Positions 26,673-35,887 of a DNA stretch of 64,000 nt are shown in pieces; within the stretch, counting starts at the first letter, position 1, and every line of letters starts with the position of its first letter. The DNA lies in UHGV virus genome UHGV-1352889; one strand, given 5' to 3'. Position numbers and translations under genes: made by a program. Source of the stretch: a virus. The notes under the pieces were generated by a model, which was not told where the DNA came from, did no database searches, and saw only the letters and a program-made list of their open reading frames with translations.

Positions 26673-29564
26673 TTAACTGGGTGGATAAATGGTTACTTTC
26701 TTGCACATCATGCCCCCGTTCCACGGGGATGCGTAATAGGAGGTCACGGGTTTCCAATCTGTGTGGGCAGTCCCCGGAAAGTTTGTATTAAACCCGCCGG
26801 GAAGCCACTTGGCGTCCTGACTGCCAATGGTTACGGATATAGTCAACGGGCCGTGGAGGCATGCGGGCAGACGGTAATCGCAAAGCGGCGAAGAGAAATA
26901 CCCACTGTTCGTCGTGAATTGTACCGACGTCCCAAGACCCCAGCCTTTAGGCCATGTACCATCAGGGGAGAAGGCTTCCTCTACCACGGCGGTGCAGGGG
27001 CCGGAGTAACTGTCCCTCAACATCTTGGTCTGCGGGAAGTACTTGCCTTCCTGTCTGCCAGAGCGGTCGGGCCTCGTATCCCACGGAATCCACTGAACCG
27101 AACCGAACACGGCGGGGAAACTGTAGTTCATCGTCGTGGTATATTTTTTGTAGTACCCGATTCCCGGAATCTGCATGTAACTATCTACGGCGTAACAGGG
27201 GTTCACCCACTGGCGCAGGATGACGCGTTGAATCTTGTCGCCCGTCGTGACCTTGAACGTATTGCCTCGGAGCTGACATATAGTGATTCCGAACTGGAAG
27301 TACGGGAACTTCGCCCCATCATAGGTCAGGGTAATCTTCTCGGCAACCTCGGCATTAAGGATATAGTCCCCAACACGGTATTTAGTCTTCGCGCCGTAGG
27401 ATGTATTGACCGTAGGTTCCGGCTGGTTAGGCAGTCCTACATTGCTAGTCGTGACTACCTTGATATCAAAGACCTTTGTCCCGTTGAGGAAGATAGGGAT
27501 AACTCCATTGATGACGCCGCAGTAGGGGTTAGAGACATGTACGGTCATGTTCAGCTGGCCGTTCTCCACGTCAAAATATACGTTGCCAATACCGTTAGGC
27601 AGTGTACCTATGGTGAATCTCATCTCTGGGTTATATCCATCGTCTCGCTTGTAAATGGCCGCAGTATCCGAGACACCCAGCGGGAACACCCACGGAGCAC
27701 TCGTTACATCCTCCGCATAGAGGGTATCCCGGATAATCGCCTCCATCCTAATCTTGTACCATCCGTTCTGTGTCATCCACGGACCATCGGGGTTAGGGGC
27801 GTTGTAAAAATAATCTGCTTTCATCGTGCCTGGGGACTGAACTCTGGGATAGCTGTTCTGGATATATATGTTCCACCAGCGGACCCCCTTAAACCGGATG
27901 CCCACATTCATGCCACGGTCAGCATCTTGGTTGTCCATACTAAACGAGCCGAGTAATGCGAAAGTATTCGCGAACTGGGGATAATTGGGGTCGTTCCATC
28001 CATTGATGAGGGACATGTTTTGGAGCATACCCGTTGCTGGGGATGAATCCTCAACCGCAGTAAAGTCAGAAAGGTTATATCCGATTCTGGTCCACGGCGT
28101 GTCGGGGATAGTAATGGCTACCTCGGTTTCCGGGGTTTCCAGCTTCCGGGCATAGTAGGCATTACCCACGGCATCCGTGTATTTGGTGAATCCTTCCCTC
28201 TGCCAGTCTGTGTCGAAGTCAGTGCTCGGATTGGGCACAATCTTCCGCAGTACCGGATAAACTTGGTTCGTAATTCGGTCAAAGGAGGATTCCCAGAACT
28301 CGTCAATCTGGTCGTAGGTGGTGCAACTCTTTCGCGTTTCCTTGTGGCTATATCCCTCACGGACTACTACAGAGGAATCGACGCGCCATTGGCTACAGTT
28401 TTCACTGGGGTCCGGGGGGTCAATCGCAGGGACGTCGCCATTCGCCGTCCAGTCAACAGACTGGCTAGTCGTCACGGTCGTATTGATGCACCGGACAAAA
28501 CGGGAATCCGGGTTGCAACAATTGCCGGAGAGGGTGTTCTGTTCCTCCTTTTCCGCGATGCCGCTGTTCCGTTTGTACATGGATACGAGGGTGTACATTT
28601 GCGTACTCGGATAACTGCCCTTGTCCCAGCCCGCACTAACGGGCCTATTGTCCAGTTCAAGCGTGGGCATGTGGGGAATGCGGGCCTGTCCCGGTTCCTT
28701 CCCTCCACCATCGACGGGCCAAAGCGGCGCGGCCCATACCTCTCTCGATAACTTAATTGCAGTCTGTGCCACCCATTCAGATTCGGGCAGGGCCGTTCCC
28801 GGACCCCCTTCATCCCACACCGTATCTCCCTTCCGCCAAATGTTATAAGGGATGAACTCTTTAACCACCGGGCCGGGCAGGGTCTTGTACACGCGTACCA
28901 CCTTACGAAAATACTTTCGCAGGTGTTCTTCTCCAAACTGGACTACTTCTTCAAATACCAGCTGGGCATCGTAGGCCGTGTAGAAGTGCTGGTCATAGAA
29001 GTCAGGGTCAAGCTTTTCGTTGCTGGGGTCAAACGAGCCAAGGGGAAGCGGGGCATACGCGGAATCCAAGGGTTCCACCCACTCCCGTGTAATCTCGTAA
29101 AAGTCTTTCAGCTCGTCGGTGTCTGCATCGGGTCCCATGAACTTACCCGTAGCGGCAGTATCCTTTAAGGTATAGCCGTCACGAATCTTCTTCATGTCCT
29201 GAATGTTATACCGGAACTGCTGTTCCGGCGGGACCATGTAGTAGAAACGATAAACGTGCTGTCTCGCCGCCTCGTTGACGGGTTCGACATGCACAAGAAC
29301 TGCATCCCGCATGAACGGAAGGAAGGTCGTACCCGCAGTAGGTACGAACGGTGTTCCCAATTCAATGGTAATCTCGCTGGGATTCTTGGCAATCCTCTCA
29401 ACGAAGAACATCACGTTTTTTACCACCGGAGTGGGAAAGTTAATTATCGGCTCACCCATTGGCCTGTCAGGACTGAACCCATTGCGCCACGAGGAATCCG
29501 TGGTTCCAATGGGTATTGTCGGAGGCTGTGGAGTGGAGGCCGTGGTATTAGGAATTAAGGCCAT
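26673..29564 (-). CDS. large structural protein (963 aa), tail-associated candidate
   Basis: Long ORF in the operon. The antisense ORF 26652..27956 is judged a shadow ORF. Confidence 0.5.
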   Translation of the reverse strand: MALIPNTTASTPQPPTIPIGTTDSSWRNGFSPDRPMGEPIINFPTPVVKNVMFFVERIAKNPSEITIELGTPFVPTAGTTFLPFMRDAVLVHVEPVNEAARQHVYRFYYMVPPEQQFRYNIQDMKKIRDGYTLKDTAATGKFMGPDADTDELKDFYEITREWVEPLDSAYAPLPLGSFDPSNEKLDPDFYDQHFYTAYDAQLVFEEVVQFGEEHLRKYFRKVVRVYKTLPGPVVKEFIPYNIWRKGDTVWDEGGPGTALPESEWVAQTAIKLSREVWAAPLWPVDGGGKEPGQARIPHMPTLELDNRPVSAGWDKGSYPSTQMYTLVSMYKRNSGIAEKEEQNTLSGNCCNPDSRFVRCINTTVTTSQSVDWTANGDVPAIDPPDPSENCSQWRVDSSVVVREGYSHKETRKSCTTYDQIDEFWESSFDRITNQVYPVLRKIVPNPSTDFDTDWQREGFTKYTDAVGNAYYARKLETPETEVAITIPDTPWTRIGYNLSDFTAVEDSSPATGMLQNMSLINGWNDPNYPQFANTFALLGSFSMDNQDADRGMNVGIRFKGVRWWNIYIQNSYPRVQSPGTMKADYFYNAPNPDGPWMTQNGWYKIRMEAIIRDTLYAEDVTSAPWVFPLGVSDTAAIYKRDDGYNPEMRFTIGTLPNGIGNVYFDVENGQLNMTVHVSNPYCGVINGVIPIFLNGTKVFDIKVVTTSNVGLPNQPEPTVNTSYGAKTKYRVGDYILNAEVAEKITLTYDGAKFPYFQFGITICQLRGNTFKVTTGDKIQRVILRQWVNPCYAVDSYMQIPGIGYYKKYTTTMNYSFPAVFGSVQWIPWDTRPDRSGRQEGKYFPQTKMLRDSYSGPCTAVVEEAFSPDGTWPKGWGLGTSVQFTTNSGYFSSPLCDYRLPACLHGPLTISVTIGSQDAKWLPGGFNTNFPGTAHTDWKPVTSYYASPWNGGMMCKKVTIYPPS

Positions 29565-30104
29565 TTATATTGGATTGAAAGAAGGGCATGATTGCACCGG
29601 GAAGCGGGGTGTCCACATCATGCTAATATGCCCGTTCAACGTTAATTGCATTGGTTCTCCCCGCGGAAAACTTACTGTCTCGCCCCGATAATATGTTCGG
29701 TTCGTTCGCCTGTCAATAACATATCCTTGTATGACAAGTAATTTATGGCTTCTCTCCGCATCAATAATTCTTGGCAGTTGAACTTCTTCACGAGTTTTAA
29801 CCTGTGTGACCGAAGAGGTAAAAGTTTCTCCGTCATAGCGTATCCCTACTTTCCCCCGTAAAAAATAGGCCCATCGGTTTCTGGGCAGTTTTAGCTCACC
29901 CTCGCGACCAAAGGGAAGGGAGGCATAGAATTGATTCCTTGAGCGGAGCCTTTCAGTACACGCATGGATGCTTTCCTGTAACTGATTAAGATTCTGGGTC
30001 AACTCGTTTTCGAGTTGTTCCTGCTCTGGATTTTTTCGGAACAGATTGAATAGCTTCATGTCTGTCGGAGGGGGTATCTTGTTGCGTAATTGCGCGGAAG
30101 GCAC
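29565..30104 (-). CDS. hypothetical protein (179 aa)
   Basis: ORF. Confidence 0.45.
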   Translation of the reverse strand: MPSAQLRNKIPPPTDMKLFNLFRKNPEQEQLENELTQNLNQLQESIHACTERLRSRNQFYASLPFGREGELKLPRNRWAYFLRGKVGIRYDGETFTSSVTQVKTREEVQLPRIIDAERSHKLLVIQGYVIDRRTNRTYYRGETVSFPRGEPMQLTLNGHISMMWTPRFPVQSCPSFNPI

Positions 30105-30110
30105 AATCCA

Positions 30111-30416
30111 TTATTGCTTCATGGTCGCTTCATGGTCGCTTCGTAGGTTGTCTATTTTTCCATGTAATTGGTCTAGAGATTCATCCAACTCGGATATAAC
30201 TCTTAGAGCCTCTTGCAATAGTATGAGAAATGACTTCTCCTTGTCAAGACTAAACTCTATCTTTTTTGAGAGATACTTATACGCCAGCTTTACTGCCACG
30301 TAAATAACTCCCACAAATACGAGATATGCGGGAGACATTTCCTCGACGATACGAGTGAGAAACAAAGTCCATACGTTACCGTCAATGGTGTTTAGCTGTG
30401 CGACGAATTTAAACAC
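30111..30416 (-). CDS. small single-TM protein (101 aa), holin-like candidate
   Basis: Hydrophobic helix LVFVGVIYVAVKLAYKYL. It is adjacent to the peptidoglycan-binding gene. Confidence 0.35.
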   Translation of the reverse strand: MFKFVAQLNTIDGNVWTLFLTRIVEEMSPAYLVFVGVIYVAVKLAYKYLSKKIEFSLDKEKSFLILLQEALRVISELDESLDQLHGKIDNLRSDHEATMKQ

Positions 30417-30483
30417 GGCGGCAAGGAATTACCTTGCCGCCATGTTATCATTTGGGGTTTAACGGGTCAAGAAAATTCCCCGA

Positions 30484-31248
30484 CTATTTCCTTGACAATA
30501 GGGTTAGGGCATAGGCATGTCGCGCATCGCATCGGTTCATCCAGCCCGTAAGGAACTTCGCCTTCACTGGATTGGCCCTTACAATGGAGTGGTAGCGGGC
30601 ACGACAAGCGCGGTCCAGCGAATCGAGAACTACCATTTCCTCCCATGATAGGACGGCGTCCGTCCATTTGGCTTGAGTAGTTTTTCCCCACTTGCCGTCA
30701 ATATCAATGTCGAGCATGCGCTGGACAACCTTAGTCGTTCCCGCCGTACCCATGTTGAAGGTCATGTCACGGAGCATGAATTCAATGGGGTAGCTTCCTG
30801 CAACACCCTTAGAGACTAGTGGTTCCGTATTGGCGAGAACATAGCGGAGGCATTCGTCCCATGCCTCTTCTCTATCCCCCCGGTCCAACATGGACTTGAT
30901 TAGATTGAATTCCTTAGGTTCAATCCCATCACAGATACCGGCAATCTCCCACGTGCCGCCGCCGTCGCCAGAGGGGAGACGGGTAACGCGCAGAGAATCG
31001 GGACCTGTAATCTTATAGTCCTCCATGTTGAGAATCTTCTTGGCCATTCCTTTGCGGATAATCTCTGCCGGGGATTCCACGGGACCCACGGATTCCACGA
31101 ATTCCGGGACGTCCATAGGTCCCACGGAAACCGTGGGTTCCGGTTGTATCTTTTTCCATATAGCATCAATGGTCTTCTCCCCAAGGATACCGTCGGGTGA
31201 AGTTCCCGCCCACTTCTGTATGTCCTTTACTTTGTCTTTCCTTGTCAT
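30484..31248 (-). CDS. peptidoglycan-binding domain protein, putative endolysin
   Basis: The N-terminal motif WAGTSPDGILGEKTIDAIWKK and a second motif DGKWGKTTQAKW resemble PG-binding repeats. The catalytic family was not recognised. Confidence 0.45.
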   Translation of the reverse strand: MTRKDKVKDIQKWAGTSPDGILGEKTIDAIWKKIQPEPTVSVGPMDVPEFVESVGPVESPAEIIRKGMAKKILNMEDYKITGPDSLRVTRLPSGDGGGTWEIAGICDGIEPKEFNLIKSMLDRGDREEAWDECLRYVLANTEPLVSKGVAGSYPIEFMLRDMTFNMGTAGTTKVVQRMLDIDIDGKWGKTTQAKWTDAVLSWEEMVVLDSLDRACRARYHSIVRANPVKAKFLTGWMNRCDARHAYALTLLSRK

Positions 31249-31678
31249 TAGTTGTTTCTACTTTGATTTCGTCAGGGGTTAACTTCCCCAATGAGATTTG
31301 ATGGTTAATGATGTCCGCCATCGACTTGGCAATCTCTTCGGCCCATTGATTGAAATGAAGAGTTCCCAACGGGGTGGGTATTTCATTGGTAATTCCTGCG
31401 ACAACATAGGTGTCCAACTTAACCCGAACTATATCCGAGAATACTTCTACCTTGGCTTTCGAGGGTACGGGTTCGACTTCATACCACATGACATCCTGTA
31501 TCTCTTCGTCTTCACTATCTGCTTGAGGGTAATGGACATGGAGGACACCAGCATCATCCTCGTCGGATAATACTCGGAGAATTGCATCTACCGGGATGCT
31601 ATCCCCACAGGTTCCGCATCTACCCGTATCTACTCTGCGAACGATGTCCCCGCACTTAAATCTGGCTTTCATTATCAT
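31166..31678 (-). CDS. hypothetical protein (170 aa); 3' end overlaps the endolysin-like gene by 83 nt
   Basis: ORF. The overlap is unusually long, so the 3' end is uncertain. Confidence 0.4.
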   Translation of the reverse strand: MIMKARFKCGDIVRRVDTGRCGTCGDSIPVDAILRVLSDEDDAGVLHVHYPQADSEDEEIQDVMWYEVEPVPSKAKVEVFSDIVRVKLDTYVVAGITNEIPTPLGTLHFNQWAEEIAKSMADIINHQISLGKLTPDEIKVETTNDKERQSKGHTEVGGNFTRRYPWGEDH

Positions 31679-31883
31679 TTTTCGTTTGGTTTATGTCTGG
31701 CAACATGACATGCTCGTTAAGGTCCTCAACGATTTGATTAGCCCAGTCCACCACCTCACAACACATATCGACCTCTTGGTCGCCCAGCTTATATCTGGTA
31801 GGTATGCGGAGAACGGGCCGATAGTTGAAGAGGATGATAGCCTCGTCCTGTGTGTATCGGACGAAGACTTTATCGTTGGTCAT
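31656..31883 (-). CDS. small protein (75 aa), member 5 of tandem array
   Basis: ORF, overlapping start/stop with its neighbour. Confidence 0.5.
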   Translation of the reverse strand: MTNDKVFVRYTQDEAIILFNYRPVLRIPTRYKLGDQEVDMCCEVVDWANQIVEDLNEHVMLPDINQTKNDNESQI

Positions 31884-32127
31884 TGGTGTCGTCCCTTTCG
31901 ACGAAGGTAATTCCCGTGTCAGATTCTTCCGTCGTTAACTTCTTAATCTTGTCACGAAGTTCGATTGCCATTTTGAGGGCGCAGTCTCTTGTCGGAACTC
32001 CCTTCTCGTCCTCCTTCTTGCAATAGGGGAACAGGGCGATACGGTAGTTTCGATGAATCACCGCAAGGATTCCTGCTCGCGGATATTCCATTAAGAAGGT
32101 TTCCAGTAAATATTTTTCGTTAGTCAT
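31870..32127 (-). CDS. small paralog (85 aa), tandem array member 4
   Basis: Shares the pattern hydrophobic-x-F-x-YC-x-K...KKxAxKLxxKL with its neighbours. Confidence 0.55.
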   Translation of the reverse strand: MTNEKYLLETFLMEYPRAGILAVIHRNYRIALFPYCKKEDEKGVPTRDCALKMAIELRDKIKKLTTEESDTGITFVERDDTNDQR

Positions 32128-32365
32128 TGGTGTTGTTCCTTTCCCGTTTGACTAGTTTAAATCCCTTCTTGGTTTTGATGGTGGTGCTCTTTTCAATTTT
32201 GCGGACGAGCTTTTCAGATAGCTTCTTTGCTTGCTTCTTGGTGAAGAATCCTCCCTCACCTTTCGTGCAATAGTTGAAAGTGGCAACGCAATGGTCTTCG
32301 AGCATGACCCGGAACATTCCGGGAAGGGGGTCGTTTATGGTAGTAATAGTCAGAGTATTAGTCAT
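32120..32365 (-). CDS. small paralog (81 aa), tandem array member 3
   Basis: ATFNYCTKGEGGFFTKKQAKKLSEKLVRKI aligns with its neighbours. Confidence 0.55.
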   Translation of the reverse strand: MTNTLTITTINDPLPGMFRVMLEDHCVATFNYCTKGEGGFFTKKQAKKLSEKLVRKIEKSTTIKTKKGFKLVKRERNNTND

Positions 32366-32597
32366 GGATGTTGAAGTATATTTGGTTTAATTCTATTCCC
32401 TTAGGGGTAAGGAAAGTTCCTCGGCTAACAATGTAGCGGGCAACTTTCGTTGCCAGTTTCTTTGCCGCTTTCCTGCTTAGGTAGAACGGTACGTTCTCGT
32501 CGATGCAGTAGTAGAAACTGGCAACGACATTCCCATTATGGACTACTTCGAATTTGCCTCTCGCTATATCTTCGAAAATTCTTACGTTATCGTTCAT
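32358..32597 (-). CDS. small paralog (79 aa), tandem array member 2
   Basis: ASFYYCIDENVPFYLSRKAAKKLATKVARYI aligns with its neighbours. Confidence 0.55.
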   Translation of the reverse strand: MNDNVRIFEDIARGKFEVVHNGNVVASFYYCIDENVPFYLSRKAAKKLATKVARYIVSRGTFLTPKGIELNQIYFNIHD

Positions 32598-32600
32598 GGT

Positions 32601-32840
32601 TTATTCCTCGTGGATTGCAATGTGTTTAGGAAGTAGGCCAATACCCTTCGTGGTTGGGATAGCCTCATAGGTAAGAAGGCTACGAGCAAATTCTTTAGCC
32701 ATTTTGATGGCACTATCCTTGGTGAGGTATTTGTAATCTTCTCCTTTTTTGCGGTAGAAGACTTCCGCAAAAACGATTCCATCATACTTCACCTGAATAA
32801 TCCCTACGTCAGTGTAGTCTATTACGGCTAGCTTATACAT
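32601..32840 (-). CDS. small paralog (79 aa), tandem array member 1
   Basis: AEVFYRKKGEDYKYLTKDSAIKMAKEFARSL aligns with its neighbours. Confidence 0.55.
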   Translation of the reverse strand: MYKLAVIDYTDVGIIQVKYDGIVFAEVFYRKKGEDYKYLTKDSAIKMAKEFARSLLTYEAIPTTKGIGLLPKHIAIHEE

Positions 32841-32861
32841 AAGTTGTCTGGATTGTTTGGG

Positions 32862-33371
32862 TTAAACAGTTGTGGTTTCTGGTTTCGTGGGGTCCCCAGG
32901 AATGGCAATCTCCCAACAGAAGGAGACGATGAAATCGTTGCGAAGAGTTACCTCTTCTCCGACTTTATACCACCCATCAGGGAGTAGATAATCTCTCTTC
33001 ATATCAATGGCGGCTCCTGCCTCTATCCGTTCCAACGCCATGAAACGGTAGTCCCATTCGTTGTTTTCCGTCTTAAAGGATTGCAGGATGAACCAAGGGG
33101 TAACGTCGGCATCTTCATCCCTATTCTCGGTTTCCTCCCCGGTAGATGTTCCTACGACGCGGGCACAATAACCATTCCTCATGTTCTCCAAGGCAACGCC
33201 GAAGGGCAGGTTGAAGTGAGTGAGGGAATAGGCAATAACGCCCCACGTCAAGGACCGGGCGCGGGAGCAAACCCCGTCAAGCCGTGGAAGTACCGTGGCT
33301 ATTACTTCGGGGTTGCTCTCCGGGCCGTCGGAACAAAGAAAAAATTCTCGGACGCGAGTTGTTGTGGGCAT
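32862..33371 (-). CDS. hypothetical protein (169 aa)
   Basis: ORF. Confidence 0.5.
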   Translation of the reverse strand: MPTTTRVREFFLCSDGPESNPEVIATVLPRLDGVCSRARSLTWGVIAYSLTHFNLPFGVALENMRNGYCARVVGTSTGEETENRDEDADVTPWFILQSFKTENNEWDYRFMALERIEAGAAIDMKRDYLLPDGWYKVGEEVTLRNDFIVSFCWEIAIPGDPTKPETTTV

Positions 33372-33379
33372 GGGTTCTA

Positions 33380-33751
33380 TTAGACGTAATTGTTCAGTAG
33401 TCCGTAAATCTTTTGGGCACTCTGCTCGAAGTCCTCTGCCAGTTTCCTTAGCGCGGGTTCATTCCCGGCAATGGTGTAGAGGTAGGGAACGAGGTCATGT
33501 AGGATGACATTTCTGTATATGATAATGCAATTGGTAGAAGTATCAGGCAACACGGGGCGTTCCAACATGGGCTTTACCGTCCAGTTGCGGCCATGTAATC
33601 CGAGATAGGTTTCAATGAAACTATCGGCAATGCCGCCCAATTCTTCTACCGCATCGTCGTATCGTTCATGATGGAAGCCACTACTTGTCTGGTAATGGAG
33701 GACCTTCAGGACGGGGTAGAGTTGCAGGATGTGAGATAAATCCAATTTCAT
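33380..33751 (-). CDS. hypothetical protein (123 aa)
   Basis: ORF. Confidence 0.5.
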   Translation of the reverse strand: MKLDLSHILQLYPVLKVLHYQTSSGFHHERYDDAVEELGGIADSFIETYLGLHGRNWTVKPMLERPVLPDTSTNCIIIYRNVILHDLVPYLYTIAGNEPALRKLAEDFEQSAQKIYGLLNNYV

Positions 33752-33753
33752 GG

Positions 33754-34206
33754 CTAGACGATTTGAAGTGTGAGGGGGAAGGTGCGGGTCCAGTCAACTG
33801 TATCGGAGAACTCAACAGTCATCCAGTAGGTCCCGGCAGGATATTCGGCAGGGTCTAATTCAAAGAAGTCGGTGGGGAGGATAACGGTATCGGCAGTGCC
33901 TCCGGGTTTCTCCGGGGCCGTCATGCCAGACGCGACCGTCTTCCATACAGGTAGTCCCCCAGCATTGAGCTGGGCTAACTGAAACTTCCATGTAAAGGGG
34001 CTTGACGTGGAGACGTTGCCAAGAAGGGCAGAGGCATGGGAGATATTAAATCGGAGGTCTCCCTTAAATCCTGCGCCAAACTGGAGGACAAGTGAGGATA
34101 TTCCATGCTGGACTTCCAATGAGGCGTCTACGCTTACCTGTTCATATCGAGCCTTGCGAATGAACTGACCAAGGCTTCCGTCAAAATATAATTGGTTTGT
34201 GTTCAT
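33754..34206 (-). CDS. hypothetical protein (150 aa)
   Basis: ORF. Confidence 0.5.
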   Translation of the reverse strand: MNTNQLYFDGSLGQFIRKARYEQVSVDASLEVQHGISSLVLQFGAGFKGDLRFNISHASALLGNVSTSSPFTWKFQLAQLNAGGLPVWKTVASGMTAPEKPGGTADTVILPTDFFELDPAEYPAGTYWMTVEFSDTVDWTRTFPLTLQIV

Positions 34207-34229
34207 GTGGTGAATGAAGATTAGCGATT

Positions 34230-34898
34230 TTATTTGACCGTGTCAACCATAACTTGCACGCGCCGGGGATAATCCGCAGAACAGGGGGCGGTGCTCGCGT
34301 TCTTTTCCCAGCCGCGTTTCACGGCGACGTCCAGTACATCTTTATCGTACTGGTAGTCGAGGCTCACCCCGAAGTGACCAGCGAACGCGTCATGATAGAC
34401 GAGGTAGGTATTGCGCATCCTCTTAATGGCCTTAAGGTCGCTGTCGTGCCGGAACCCCCACACGCTACCATCAACGATGCCAGTCCATTCAGGATAGTCT
34501 GCGACGTTCGTCCGCTTCAATCCCATGTAGGCAGAGATGAAGATGACATCCTTCTCGGTGACAATTTGGCTGGCCATAACGTCGAGGAGGTCCGCTTCGC
34601 GTACCGGGCATTGGGTGTCGAGCACCATGATATTCTTTCCCGCATGCTCTGCGGCGATGGAGAGGATAGCCTCGTCGGGCGCGTCAGGGACACGGGCAAC
34701 GTTCAGCCCCTCCGCTCTGGCCCATGAGAGAACGCCGAGGTCTTCGGACATGACGGTAACGTTCTCGCCGGGAATGTTCAGGGATTTAAGATAGTTGACT
34801 GTGTAATGGATTAGGTTCGATTCCCTCTCCGGCCAATGGAGGGAAGGGTTATACGCGCTAATAATATAATGGAAGTTGTTGTCCATGCCCGCTATCAT
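34230..34898 (-). CDS. hypothetical protein (222 aa; real start possibly the ATG at 34886)
   Basis: ORF. A TATGAT -10 element overlaps the first ATG, so the fifth codon (ATG at 34886) may be the real, leaderless start. There is weak resemblance to GT-A glycosyltransferase N-termini (YIISAYNPS). Confidence 0.45.
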   Translation of the reverse strand: MIAGMDNNFHYIISAYNPSLHWPERESNLIHYTVNYLKSLNIPGENVTVMSEDLGVLSWARAEGLNVARVPDAPDEAILSIAAEHAGKNIMVLDTQCPVREADLLDVMASQIVTEKDVIFISAYMGLKRTNVADYPEWTGIVDGSVWGFRHDSDLKAIKRMRNTYLVYHDAFAGHFGVSLDYQYDKDVLDVAVKRGWEKNASTAPCSADYPRRVQVMVDTVK

Positions 34899-34921
34899 AC
34901 ACAGGAAAAGATTCTGGTCAA
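34894..34921 (-). promoter_or_regulatory. sigma70-like promoter TTGACC-N16-TATGAT, 7 nt upstream of the ATG at 34886 (leaderless candidate)
   Basis: Read on the minus strand immediately downstream of the 34961-35015 hairpin. Confidence 0.5.
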
Positions 34922-34960
34922 GAAATTTTTAATTGGTATGACACAGCCGTATCACAACGA

Positions 34961-35015
34961 AGGAACCCACGGAACCCATTGTGGCCATTTGGCCGTGGGT
35001 TCCGTGGGTTCCGTG
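34961..35015 (-). terminator. long GC-rich hairpin (about 17-bp stem plus extension) built from GGAACCCACGG repeats
   Basis: GGAACCCACGGAACCCA...TGGGTTCCGTGGGTTCC inverted repeat with TTT loop. The following minus-strand tract is only partly U-rich. Confidence 0.45.
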
Positions 35016-35074
35016 GGAGTTTAACGTCCTGACATTTCGATGTACGAAATCGATAAGCCAGTTGTACTGCTATA

Positions 35075-35887
35075 TCAAAGTGTCGTGAACTGTAATCCCT
35101 TAAACCATTGATTCATTTGGGAGATTTCGGGAGCGGCAACGTAGGGGGTCCAACAGTAATAACTTCCAAGGCAGTCAACTTCTACTCCACCTATCGTGGT
35201 GCTCCATGTGACTGTTCGCATGGAAGCCTTATTCCCATTCGCCCAATATTTAATGGGGTAGCCTACATAGGCAAGTATCGAAAAGGTCTGCCATACACCA
35301 GAGGATGTTTTTCTCTCATACTTGAAGCTTAAATCGATACTTACATCCAGATAAACTGCTCCACTTTCTGATTCAATATACCACATATTATCCATAAATC
35401 CGCTTCCATAATGTGGTCCGTATATACTGTTTTGGTATAGCCAGCCGTCGTCATAGTAGGGCCAATCGCGGGCTTCCTGCAATGTGACTTCATGTGGAGT
35501 AATTTCAGTTCCTTCCGGCACTCCCTGCCATGCGAACCAAAGTGCTGGCTCGTATACTCGATATTGAGTACGAGCATCGACGCCTCCGGGAATGCCATTC
35601 TGACTAGGCAACTTCGCCGGAAGCGCGATGGAGTTAAATCCTTTCAATGTGTTGAAGACTTTCCACGCGTCCACAAGGTTCTTGCACTTAATCCCCGGTT
35701 TATGCGTTGCGTTTGGTGAAATAGCTACGGCTCGACCTAGAGGTACAGGAAGCCCGGAAACCGTGGGTCCTTGGGTTCCATACCACAAACTACTTTTATA
35801 TTGTTCAGTGTAGTCAGGATTATTCTTCCTCATTAAAACCGAAATATCCTTCGACGAGTTCGTGGGGAGTAAGAGGTGAGACTTCAT
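35075..35887 (-). CDS. hypothetical structural protein (270 aa)
   Basis: ORF. Confidence 0.5.
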   Translation of the reverse strand: MKSHLLLPTNSSKDISVLMRKNNPDYTEQYKSSLWYGTQGPTVSGLPVPLGRAVAISPNATHKPGIKCKNLVDAWKVFNTLKGFNSIALPAKLPSQNGIPGGVDARTQYRVYEPALWFAWQGVPEGTEITPHEVTLQEARDWPYYDDGWLYQNSIYGPHYGSGFMDNMWYIESESGAVYLDVSIDLSFKYERKTSSGVWQTFSILAYVGYPIKYWANGNKASMRTVTWSTTIGGVEVDCLGSYYCWTPYVAAPEISQMNQWFKGLQFTTL

